A stretch of 64,000 bases of DNA, taken from Botryllus schlosseri. Taxonomy: Eukaryota. The notes beneath the pieces were generated by a model. That model had not been told where the DNA came from, did no database searches, and saw only the letters and a program-made list of their open reading frames with translations. The DNA lies in contig CM119386.1 in assembly GCA_051294905.1 (NCBI GenBank), positions 5,022,001-5,086,000 of the forward strand, read 5' to 3'. This document shows, piece by piece, positions 1 through 55,562 of this stretch. The position numbers and the translations under genes are program-made. The stretch's first letter is position 1, and each line of letters starts with the position of its first letter.

Positions 1-8
1 GCAGTAGC

Positions 9-142
9 CCTGATTGGAATCGCTGGCCTTTTTGCCTGATATATCAGGGGAGCAGCGACGATTTTCCAAGTTAAATTAATTTAATAAAAAATAATTAAAA
101 AATGAAATATAGTGTGAGCACAGAACAGCGATTCCAAACAGG
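9..142. mobile_element. 134-bp MITE; TIR CCTG(A/T)TTGGAATCGCTG, 8-bp TSD GCAGTAGC
   Basis: Inverted ends at 9-25 and 126-142. GCAGTAGC is at both 1-8 and 143-150. The internal sequence TTTTGCCTGATATATCAGGGGAGCA is shared with 49242-49708. Confidence 0.8.
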
Positions 143-990
143 GCAGTAGCCTACATGGTAAATAGCGCAAATCTCTAGAACCTGACCAAGTAGCCTATAC
201 TAGTACTATGAGCTTGGCATTGGTATGTAACTGGTATCAAAATAAATAAACAGTAGAAAACAGAAAAATAGTCCATCCAATTCTCGCAGCAGACCTATAG
301 CAGTACATATATAGAATCATTCATTTACACCCTGATACAACTGTAGAAGCCTGAACACTGACGAGTGACAGAAACAGGTTGTCAATATTATAACAAGTTA
401 AAATCCTGATTATTTCATTCATTTCCATATTCTATTCGTTTTTCTGGAAATATTAAATATGACGAGTTATCGTATAGGTAGAAAACTATGAAGTCTATAA
501 TATTAACACTTTTTAATTTCCTTACGTAAGAACTTGTGCAGCAATTTACATGGGTGGCGAATCTAATCTGCCAACAAAACTGCTGCGGTTCGAGATCTTT
601 CTTGAATCTACCCTCCTCATAAATACGCCCACGATACCCCGACAATCGATCCTGACATATTGTAAACCTGATCTGAAACGCGTCGCATTGACTTACTAAT
701 CGAGCTCGAGTAGCCGTTGTTTTGGGTTGCGAGACATTCTGTTGTAATGCGTGACAATAAAACAGAGCTACCAACGCATAAAGTTTACACATTCAAAACG
801 GGCGCGCTGCTACCCACTGGGCTTTTCATTCGAGTCAAGCGATGTGGCGCTCCATTGTTCGTTCGGCTCGTATTAGTGATTCATTCATACGTATCTCGAT
901 TATATACAAAAACATACGTTCCCGCAAAAATGACGTAATTAGATTCTGACGACCGTCCCAAACGCCGGAATTGTCATTCGATTTGATATC

Positions 991-1305
991 TGAAGAGCTT
1001 CTTGGAGGTACAGAACTTCAATATACAATTAAATAGTATATTCATATTGAAATGAACCCGAATATTTTCGGCTGACACTCGTCAGGGGTAATCGTCAGCA
1101 ACTAGTAGAGAATTGGAAAGAACATTGTATATCAACAACTGTATCACAATCGGGTTCATTTCAATATGAATACGATTTCAATATGATACGATTGTTGATA
1201 TACAATGTTCTTTCCAATTCTCTACTAGTTGCTGACGATTACCCCTGACGAGTGTCAGCCGAAAATATTCGGGTTCATTTCAATATGAATATACTATTTG
1301 ATTTG
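991..1305 (+). repeat. Hairpin repeat family R1, fullest copy
   Basis: Head GAAGAGCTTCTTGGAGGTACAGAACTTC followed by near-perfect inverted arms at about 1031-1146 and 1184-1299. Other copies lie at about 2677-2850, 18341-18525, 29496-29672, 47815-47955 and 58447-58605, with fragments at about 42620-42690 and 44458-44500. Confidence 0.85.
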
Positions 1306-2877
1306 ATATCTTGAGGCTTATACACTTTTTATAAATCCTTCAGTTTCGTCATCAACTTTTCCCAAACATCGCTATACTGTGCCAGCATAAATAAAAATAG
1401 TTGAAACGACTTGACGAAGCCTGTCTATCAATCCGATTGAAGGCACCCTGTCACCGCAATTCCTTCGACGTGTAGATCCCGCGTAGATACAGTGGCGCTA
1501 AATCGTTTCTCAATGACATCCCGTCACCACAACAGCGATCTATCAGTACTTTGCAATCTCATGAATATCATTACCTCTAACGACCCACCGCATATCGCAT
1601 TCTAAAAACGCTTGAGCGCAACATATCAAAACAAACCGCGCGCAAATCAGTGCACACCGGCGTTAGCGGGAGTTCAACGACTGGCTTATATTGACGCGTT
1701 ACCCTCCGCCACCCCACTCCCTCCGCCACCCCACTCAACTTGTATAATACAATTGTTTCGAGAGCCGAGACTCCGACATATTATGCAGTATCGCTCCAAT
1801 TGAACTATTTCGGCGAGCGGCGCACGACTTCTCGAGTGATCGATATCTTTGGTCGATAAAAAAAGAACGCCCTTGACTCAAAGTACATTTCTTAATTATT
1901 TATTGTGTCAGCCTCATGACGCAACGCTCTTCTTCATCAATTCAAAAAGTGGAACGGCCGGCATTAGCGGGAAGTAGGCTACTAGTGCTGAAGGGCAATG
2001 GGACTGTGCGTTTTGCATTCGGCATATTACAGACATTGTTTATAAAAACTGAACAGAGTCATGCAATTTATTCCGTAACAACATGGCGCTGATCTAGCAG
2101 CTAAGGTAACAACCTCTTACTACAGTAAATAGGCCTTTGCTCCTTCACCGGCTGTTAATAATTCACCGCCGAAACAGTCCGCTCTGTTTACATTGCAGGC
2201 GTATCCCACACTTTTGATCAGCATACTGTAAATTGATTCCGACAATGGCCGCGTACGGGCCGTCTATTTACATTGTAATGATCGTGGCTCGGCGATATCA
2301 CGTGGCAACGACTAAAAATACTATAGTAAAAGCTAAAAACAACCTAAATAGTCACAGCATGCTCAGTCTGTTTCAGAACATTGTATTAGTTACCATGATT
2401 TTATTACATCAAACAGAAGTTAAGAAAAGTTTTTACACCGAGTTGACGAAATCACACAAAAAAATACAAAATTTACACGTAATGATAAAAATCAAAAAGT
2501 AGGAGAATATGGTTTTCGGTCACAGAAGTGCTGGGCTGCTCATGATTTCTTCTGCAATTGACTTCTCAAATCCATCGCGATTTCGGCTTCAGACGTGGGT
2601 GCTTTTTTCTCTGTATCTAAAAGTAGGTATTGAAGAAGTGGCTCAGATTGAAGAAAAATGAATTTCTATATACATTTGAAGAGTGTCTTGGAGGTCAAAA
2701 AAACTTCAATATACAATTAAAAAATATATTTATATTGAAGTATACCATAACATTTCATGTCCTTCTGAATTCTTCACCAGCTAGTTGCTGACAATTGTCA
2801 GTCAATAATAGTCAGATGAATTTTAATATGAATATATTCTTATTCAATACATAAAAATATACAATTATGCATCTGTG

Positions 2878-47655
<44,778 letters not shown>

Positions 47656-49241
47656 AATACAGGGTGTCAAATTGTCTATAATTGGTCAGCATGAACGGGT
47701 ACTTTAGTTAAAATATCATCTCTGTGATAGTAACTAATGATGACTAATCGATAATACTTTGAATCTTTCAAAATATCTGTAGACATTGATGGATATTATA
47801 ACAGAAACATAATAAGATCTTCTTGGAGGTACAGAACTTCAATATACGATTATCGATATACAATGCACTTTCCAATCCTCCACTAGATGCTGACGATTGC
47901 CCCTGACGAGTGTCAGACAAAAATATTTGGGTTCATTTCAATATGAATATACCGTTCAATAGTAACATTATAGTTATTCTTCATTGAATCTTTGTATCAT
48001 GTTCATTAAAGTTTGCGGCGAGGTTAATTAACATCACAGGTATATTCCTTTTGAGAAGGAGTTGTAGCTATATGATGACATCACTTCATATCAGGCACCT
48101 TCTGACAAAATTGCTCTCAAGTAACCCATTGAAATGGCCAATTAGAGATATGGAGGAGCTGCTGGAAGGCATAATGCGTCAATTGATTTTACATCTCTTC
48201 AAGTATTTGAATGGTCTGGAGTGATGGATGGTGTCCTGTAGACTTTGCATATTGAAACCAGCTAGATAGGCCTAACACTTGATAGCAACAGAGAACGAAC
48301 AATACTACCATTGGTGTTGCTCTGCTGCTATTATGCGTTAGGCCTATCAAGCATATTGGAAGAATTTTTTCCGCGAAAGTTCCATTATGTATACGACATA
48401 CGTATATATATATACATCAAGACATCTACTTCCAGAGTAATAAAGTTCATCCTCATGATTTACATGACAAAAACTAGTATATCATATTGTTGAATCCTGA
48501 TTCATCAAGTTGGGTAAGTATATTTTGACACCAGCAGTCAGAAATTTAGTGACTCGGCCATGACAATAATGCTGATACTTAACAAGATCGATCATGACGG
48601 ATAACCCATATTTTAGCACATATTTACTGAGTTAGTTTCAATAGGCCAACTGAAATCCTAAAATGACCACGGCACTTCAATCTTTAGTACGGTACCCTCG
48701 TCCAGTACCATAGCACACAAATTACAATATAATAGCAAGTTCAATCATATTCCAAATATGTTATATATACAAAAGACCTTTAAGATACGAAGTCAGTAAA
48801 AATATTCACGGGTTGGTGCAATTGAGTGCACAGTAACGTCAGTTGGGTGCATCATAAGGACAGACGTAAAAAATCCAAATCTGTATTTCCGATTAAAATG
48901 CCAAGGTTTCTGTCCATCATAGTCCCATAGGCCATATATAACATTTATTTTTTCGTATATACATTAATATTCAAATACTATATTGGTGTAATCTTGGTCT
49001 TAAAACGACAACTGGAAACAAATATATAGAATTTGAATATTAAGAGGAAAAAATTGAATTTGGATTTTTCAATGATGAATGATCAACAATTAACAAAGAC
49101 TGCAAAATTGTTATTAATATTAGAAATTTGTTATGTGCATAAACTGTCGTCATTGTACACGCGCTTCCCGATCGACTGACCGAGCATTAAACGCAACAAC
49201 ACTCTCCAAATATATGCATGTCGGCTCACGGTACATCGGTA

Positions 49242-49708
49242 CCCGATTGGAATCTCGGTACGTTTTGCCTGATATATCAGGGGAGCATTGAAGATTCCTC
49301 TGTGAGCACAGGCGATTTTGGTGTGAGACAATCTCGTTACCTGTGAGACACTGACGATTTTGCTGTGAGAATATCTCGACACAGGTGATTCTGCTGTGAG
49401 ACAATCTCGTTCCCTGTGAGACACCGAGGATTTTCCTGCGAGAAAATCACCATTGCCAATAAGAAATACATAGGCCACCTGCACAATAGTGATTTACTCA
49501 CAGGAAAATCCTCCCTATCACTTTTTGTTGAGAGTGATCTTCAAGAAAAACTATAGAGAGAATAGCGTGGTAAGACAAGCAGTGAGCAGTGAGCAAGAGC
49601 CTCCCTGACAGGTGAGCACGGGGCGCCAATTCATGAGGAACATTGTGAGCAGTGAGCAAGGCACCCGGCAAGCCGTCAGGTGAGCACCTGCCACCGATTC
49701 CAAACGGG
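49242..49708. mobile_element. 467-bp element of the CCYG(A/T)TTGGAATC family; perfect TSD CATCGGTA
   Basis: CCCGATTGGAATC starts at 49242 and GATTCCAAACGGG ends at 49708. CATCGGTA is at 49234-49241 and 49709-49716. The interior has repeated CTGTGAGACA and GTGAGCA motifs. Confidence 0.85.
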
Positions 49709-50922
49709 CATCGGTATCCTACCATTACCATTAATATACCAATAGGGATGTTAACAGGGGGAACAGTTAGACAATAAATGTACGCTACCGTATGAAACGC
49801 GAGTGATACGCATTGAGCAAGACGATTGTATGTATTTAACCGCGTGAGTATATCAATAAATCTTGCCATTCCATTATGGCATTATCAACTCCGAAATCGT
49901 CTAACACACTAACAGTATTCCAAACTACACATTATATAGCCGTTTCATAAATCGCGTCTATGCATATCGCTTCAATTTAAAAATACATCCATGTTTTATC
50001 CGAACATTGATACCGAACGCGCTGAACGTAAAACCAACAGGAAGTCAGACGCAAAATGCCGACGACGGTAACCTGACTTTTCGCACGGAAAGCGAAAGAC
50101 AGACGGCGGCCACAAATGAAAATTAACGAAATGACACATAAACGGAAAAAAAATATTCCATCACCCTAATCAGTTCGTCCATAGATGACAACATGCTTTT
50201 TGGAATTATGGGCATATTTCATAGTATGCTTTGATTTTTTTTCGTAGTAAATTGATTATTATAATAAAAGCGATGACCGACGGTATAATGTAAAAGCAAG
50301 CGTGTCTCTATGGTCGACCTATATTTAGTCGTGCATGACCTTTGAGTCATTCATCGAGTCATCTGATGACTCGAAATTCCGAAGGGAAAGATTTCACAGC
50401 AGCACAAACTTTAATTAGCAAACCATAGCCGGCGACTTCACTCATTGGTACAGCAGGACATTCATTCATGAACTAACCCTCTATCATAACGTATAGACTC
50501 ATCTTGTAGGTGTTGGGCTAAAACGATATATGTGTTGCAAATTGTATGATTGAATAGCATTTGAGATAGTCATGGGAATTTTCGACAAAACCAATGGAAA
50601 TTTAGACTATATATCATATTACACGATGCAGGAAATTTTGCATGATATTTTATTCCAATCTTATCTCACTGGACTTTCTAATCATCGGAAAACCTCAGGA
50701 ATGACACGATATTTCGGGGATTTTATCCAGAAAATTGATAAAAAACGACATAAATTTAACTTTGACTATCGCTTTTGCTAGAAAGTGTAGTCATTAGCAT
50801 ACTTTACCGCCGCCATAAAGGTTGACTCACTGCCCGATTAGGCGATTATCACAGGTTACACTGACACTTCGTGTCGTCATGCTCGATTATTAACCATGCG
50901 TTGGATGTCGCACTTAATCATA

Positions 50923-50936
50923 GTTGCTATAACAAC
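50923..50936. promoter_or_regulatory. RFX X-box upstream of CIMIP1
   Basis: GTTGCTATAACAAC fits the 14-bp X-box consensus RTHNYY-WT-RRNRAC and ends 70 bp before the CIMIP1 ATG, as is typical of ciliary genes. Confidence 0.7.
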
Positions 50937-51006
50937 GAGCAGACTCGTTTACATCGCCAAAATTTTACTTAGCAGCCACTAATCAAGTGTTTTCTGTCGA
51001 GGCGAT

Positions 51007-52939
51007 ATGGCTGCCCCAGGTCCTAAAGTAGGGAGACAGGTTGCCGGTTGCAACTATGTAGCAAACGATGAAATATGGTCAGTATGATTCCATAATTTCA
51101 ACGCCGATGTATAATTCTTGGCTTGCTTTTGCAGGAAAAGTCATGTGCACATGGAATGGGCGGCATCAAAAAGATGGCCAAACAATTGGGGATTCATGAC
51201 ACAAACTTATCGCGAGGTTTGCTAATATATCAGTCAATAATCAATAACATACCATAGTCATAGTTAAGCGCCAAAAATCATTAAACCTTAAACCTTAGGC
51301 CAATGATACAATCGAAAATTGCATGGTATGGGTAACAGTGTGTTGTCTGATATCATGTGATCTGATAGTAGTGAGTACTGAGCGTAATTCTTTATAGGAT
51401 ATAAACTTATAAGTATATAGGTTATAAACTTAACTTTATATGATACAACATTTCAGTGTTCGTTCTTGGCCTAACAGGTTCAACAAGCGTACAATGATAA
51501 TTGCCTTTCAGATGTATTGATTGAATATGCTACTTCAATAGCATACTAGATTACATGAGTCTCATCAGATGTAGTCGAGAGATAAAGATATATATAGCAT
51601 GATAACTAAAGAGGTGTTCTGAAACATTCGAGATGTTTATACAATAGAAATGTAATATGGTCATACGTCACTTTGAACAGCGTGCAGGTATGTCCAGAGG
51701 ATATAACACACTGGGGGTGTCTGAAATGGTAACAAGAAGCCTTAAATTGTCATCTATTCTTTTGATCATGTCATATTCAATGGTTAAGTCTTCTAGAACA
51801 GGTAAAGAAGAGCCTGCAAACATATTTTGAATTGATCGTCACCTCCGATATAATGGAAGCGATTGAACCACAATCCGAAACTACTCATTTAGTGGTATCG
51901 GTACTTCAATGAATAGACTGTGATATAGCCTACTTGTATCACAGTATATCGTTTTCAAAATTTATTGAAAATTACGGCTCATCTCATTATTGATACTGCA
52001 CAGGTAGTAGCCATCATTCTTGATATTTGACAAAATAGAGAAAATTAGTTTTGGAGTATGGTTGCTCCAGGTCCGAAATTATGGACACAGGTTGCCAGTT
52101 GCAACAACACTGCAAACAATGTTCTATAAGTGCAGTGTTGAAAGCAGAGGCGTTAATCATAGACTAGGTTTTTTTCGGTATTTAACCAAGATGGACGTCT
52201 CTAGTTGTTTCAATTTTATGCAGCATTGCTTCAACAATTCTTGGGTACAGATTAGTTATTTCCCACATTCAATAGGGTGAATTCTTCAAAACATTACAAA
52301 ACCCAACTTGGGATAAGTCATGGAAATGCCATTTTCATTCAGATAGAAAACATAACTAACAATACCAGTTCTTCAGTTCTTCTATTTTGGTAATGTTAAT
52401 GATAACTTGGATTACCACTGCTTCCAAACTGGTGTATTTGTTTGTTTGTGATGGTTGAATTCATTCTGGCGTTGGACCTAATCCAAAATCCCATCCCATG
52501 GCATATTCAGCTCAAGATTAAAAGACAAATCTTAATAATAACTTAGCAAAAGGTGAAAACTCTGACAGTCTAACTGCCATTGTGCTCCATTAAAATACGA
52601 ACTCGTATGTTTCCAAAATGTGCATAATCCTCATCCATGCTAGTACCTCAAGCGGGAGCGTAACTGTCTCATCCCTTCAAACAGCTCGCTGAAACAGAAG
52701 AAAAGGGCCCGAAGAAGCCCAAAGTGGAACTCCCCGAGCAATTGAGGCTACCTCCCATAACCCCAATCGAGAAATACATAAAGGTCGGCAAGTCTCCACC
52801 TGTTCCGCAGACCACGACAAGTATGATCGGTTGGCGGTCCACGAAGAATGATTGCACGTTGGAAATATATGGGGGCTACGCAAAGGGAAAAGGGGGATTA
52901 ATAAAGCAATTAAATTGGCCGCGGGAAGGAATCATATAA
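51007..52939 (+). CDS. CIMIP1: Ciliary microtubule inner protein 1 (C20orf85 family); 3 exons, 135 aa
   Basis: Exons 51007-51077 (MAAPGPKVGRQVAGCNYVANDEIW, donor GTCAGT), 51135-51216 (KSHVHMEWAASKRWPNNWGFMTQTYRE, donor GTTTGC) and 52685-52939 (LAETEEKGPKKPKVELPEQLRLPPITPIEKYIKVGKSPPVPQTTTSMIGWRS...LNWPREGII*). Phases are consistent. It matches my recollection of C20orf85 motifs DEIW, WPQNWGF, KPKIELP, TPVEKYIK and SPPVPQTT..IGWRS. Confidence 0.9.
52058..52130 (+). pseudogene. Degenerate duplicate of CIMIP1 exon 1 inside CIMIP1 intron 2
   Basis: Reads MVAPGPKLWTQVASCNNTANNVL* versus exon 1 MAAPGPKVGRQVAGCNYVANDEIW. The nucleotide match to 51007-51077 is clear; the Trp codon and splice donor are lost. 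Confidence 0.75.
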
Positions 52940-54314
52940 AAAGTAATACACAGCGTCCATATTGCTTTGACTGATAGACGATAATTGATGTGTATGGAAA
53001 AAATTTACGAGACGTCCAAATTTTATTGCTCTCATCATTTTGTGAATTTACGTTTTTCAAGCTATTACACACGGTACAAGTCTAATGCACTTATGAGAGC
53101 TTCACTCTCAAATTTTGCCTCCAAGCCACTCTGAATGCTACGGTATATTTTAGTTAATTTGCATGTTTTCAACCCACTCACTCACAAGCCATATCGCTTT
53201 TGTAGCTACTAGATATAATTTTACCAATCTCCGCACTTCAAATAAGTAACGTTCCTGTTTCGTCCTGAAATCATGAGTTTGATTCCTCATTTCGCAATAT
53301 CAGCATGAATTAAGAATGTATTGCATTTCTGTTTTGAATGATTGTTGCCAATAATTTTTCGTACACTGTATTACGTTATGTGCCAACAATATAATGCATT
53401 GGTTGATTGTTTTGTATGTTAAATTTCTGTAACATTTGAGACAGTGTTGGGATGACTCAAATCACTGCCCTTAAACAACTTGATTTGACTGGGACTCACA
53501 AACGTTCAGTTGAATGGTTAAAAAGTTTTGTTTTACTTGCGACACAAGTTGGTCCTTTCTGGGTCATTTCAACGAAATTCTCTTACAATTTTATCTTCAG
53601 ACTAAAAAGGTCCGACTTGACTTCAACACCAATGAAATTGAATGAATGAGATTTTCTGGTCGATCATTGCTTGAATTTGGATGTACTCCGCTTACGATTA
53701 CCATTAAAGATCCAATTGCCTCCCAAAATTGGAAAAGGCTCGTCCAAATAATAATAATGAATCCATTCCTAATTCAACATATAAAATGGTAAAAGGTCGA
53801 CTTCAAAACCTACGTTGATATCTCGGGATGTTTTAGATTAAATTCACTAGATTGTTATGATAATATACATGCTGTATTGTAAATTATGATAGCTGTCATA
53901 TTCAATTGTTGGCACGTCCATTTTGATATTGTGTACACTCAATATTAATTCATTGTAGGGTGATACAGTGGACAGGTTTTATTTCACAACAATTGTGCTC
54001 TCTTAAGATCAGCTTTCAGCACGTTTGTATGATTTGATTATACTGAAAGTGGAGCTGACTGTAGAAGTATCTCTGAAAGTCGAGAGGATTGAATGTCAGC
54101 TTGATATGTGCAGAATATGTAGCTTTTTCTTCAATTAGCGTATGAAGACAGGGGCAGAGTTGTAGAACAGGGAACATTATCGTAATTCAACCTATGATTC
54201 AATTTAACTTTATCTCAAAAAAGCTGAATATGACACAATCATAACAACGTTTTCCATATCAAATAAGCAGATATTCATATAACGTAAATAATAGCGCCCG
54301 CATTTGCGAAAGTC

Positions 54315-55481
54315 ATGGAGAACTGCGCTCCACAAAGAACATCAAATTCTAAGCTACAATCAAAAATGCCAGACTCAACTGTTTCTGAACGACTTTCAAG
54401 CACAATGAAAGAACTGAGTATGAGAGAAGCACCTCAAAGTCTAAAAAATAATCATAAGTCTACTAGCAATACAAAGGTACAACTTGAGAACACTGCTTGT
54501 CGAATCCTTCGGCAGGAGGTTTCTGACGAGAGGTATGTACGACCACATGAAACACTGAATGAATATGCGCGCTTTCTCGGAATCATTCCTGGAAAAGAAG
54601 ATAATCTTATGTGGATTGCCAGAGAAGGAGTGAATGCCCCTCTGCCCACACATTGGAAATCCTGTCGAGATCATGATGGAGACATCTACTTCTTCAACTT
54701 TGAAACGGGAGAAAGTATTTGGGATCATCCGCTGGATAGCCATTACAAAGAAATGGTCTCGCAGGAAAGACAAAAGAATGAATTGGCTGGAAAACACATA
54801 GATTCTTTCAAAAAGGCTAATGATAAGAATACAGGCGGAGGCCAGATAATTTTGGAAGAAGACTATGACGAGAATTATGTCCCAACACAAGAAGAGTTGA
54901 ATGAATATGCGGTAGTTATTGGGATCAACCCGGAAAAGGAAGAGAATCTTATGTGGGTCGCCAAAGAAGGTATAAATGCCCCCCTTCCCACACATTGGAA
55001 ACCATGCCAAGATCATGAAGGGGATATCTACTATTTCAATTTTGACACTGGAGAAAGTATTTGGGATCATCCTTGTGATAAACATTACAAAGAATTGGTC
55101 TTAGTGGAAAGACGAAAGAAGGAACTGCCTGGAAATCGCGAAGATGAGTTGAAAAATGATGATGAAATTAGGACAGTCGGGAGTCAGATAATCCTGGAAG
55201 AAGACTACGATGAGAATTACGTGCCATCACAAAACGATTTGCATGAATATGCACGTGTTATTGGAATCATCCCCGAGAAAGAAGAGTATCTCATGTGGAT
55301 TGCCCGAGAAGGTATAAATGCCCGCCTTCCTCCGCATTGGAAACCCTGTCAAGATCATACCGGAGACATTTACTACTTCAATTTTTCGACGGGAGATAGT
55401 ATTTGGGATCACCCTTGTGATAAGCAGTTCAGAGAAACTGTGATACGGGAAAGACAAAAGAAAAATTTGACTGGGGAATAA
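54315..55481 (+). CDS. Intronless 388-aa protein with three tandem CEP164-type N-terminal (helical bundle + WW) modules
   Basis: Uninterrupted ORF with ATG in good context (aagtcATGG) and TAA. Three units at exact 114-aa spacing (W100/W214/W328) with consensus [14 protein letters not shown]...[45 protein letters not shown], which matches the CEP164 N-terminus (QLVLEEDYDETYIP...[40 protein letters not shown]). No coiled-coil C-terminus follows, so this is not canonical CEP164. Confidence 0.9.
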   Translation: MENCAPQRTSNSKLQSKMPDSTVSERLSSTMKELSMREAPQSLKNNHKSTSNTKVQLENTACRILRQEVSDERYVRPHETLNEYARFLGIIPGKEDNLMWIAREGVNAPLPTHWKSCRDHDGDIYFFNFETGESIWDHPLDSHYKEMVSQERQKNELAGKHIDSFKKANDKNTGGGQIILEEDYDENYVPTQEELNEYAVVIGINPEKEENLMWVAKEGINAPLPTHWKPCQDHEGDIYYFNFDTGESIWDHPCDKHYKELVLVERRKKELPGNREDELKNDDEIRTVGSQIILEEDYDENYVPSQNDLHEYARVIGIIPEKEEYLMWIAREGINARLPPHWKPCQDHTGDIYYFNFSTGDSIWDHPCDKQFRETVIRERQKKNLTGE

Positions 55482-55522
55482 TGCATCAAATCCGATACTA
55501 CTTCGATCTGTCCAATAAGAGT

Positions 55523-55562
55523 TGAACGTTCATATGGCACAATGAACGTTCATATGGCACAA
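55523..55562 (+). repeat. Perfect 20-bp tandem duplication just after the stop of the triple-WW ORF
   Basis: TGAACGTTCATATGGCACAA occurs twice in tandem. Confidence 0.9.

Noticed and set aside
415-792. 125-aa minus-strand ORF or small spliced gene near the window start
   Set aside because: Splice-like signals exist (GTAAGT at 696, GTAAGG near 525) but I could not build a convincing model or recognise a family. It needs expression data.
1899-1904. AATAAA on the minus strand as the CHD poly(A) signal
   Set aside because: It is plausible at about 970 nt past the stop, but the hexamer is common in AT-rich DNA and there is no supporting evidence.
49131-49869. ORFs 49131-49484 and 49498-49869
   Set aside because: They overlap a repeat-rich MITE, have no recognisable domain and straddle element boundaries.
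52020-52560. LINE reverse-transcriptase remnant on the minus strand (NWQPVSIISDL resembling NYRPISLL)
   Set aside because: This is the antisense reading of the duplicated CIMIP1 exon 1, the frame is full of stops, and no other RT motifs are present.
52664-52939. CIMIP1 as a 5'-truncated processed pseudogene
   Set aside because: Exons 1 and 2 were found upstream with correct splice sites and phases, so this is the terminal exon of an intact gene.
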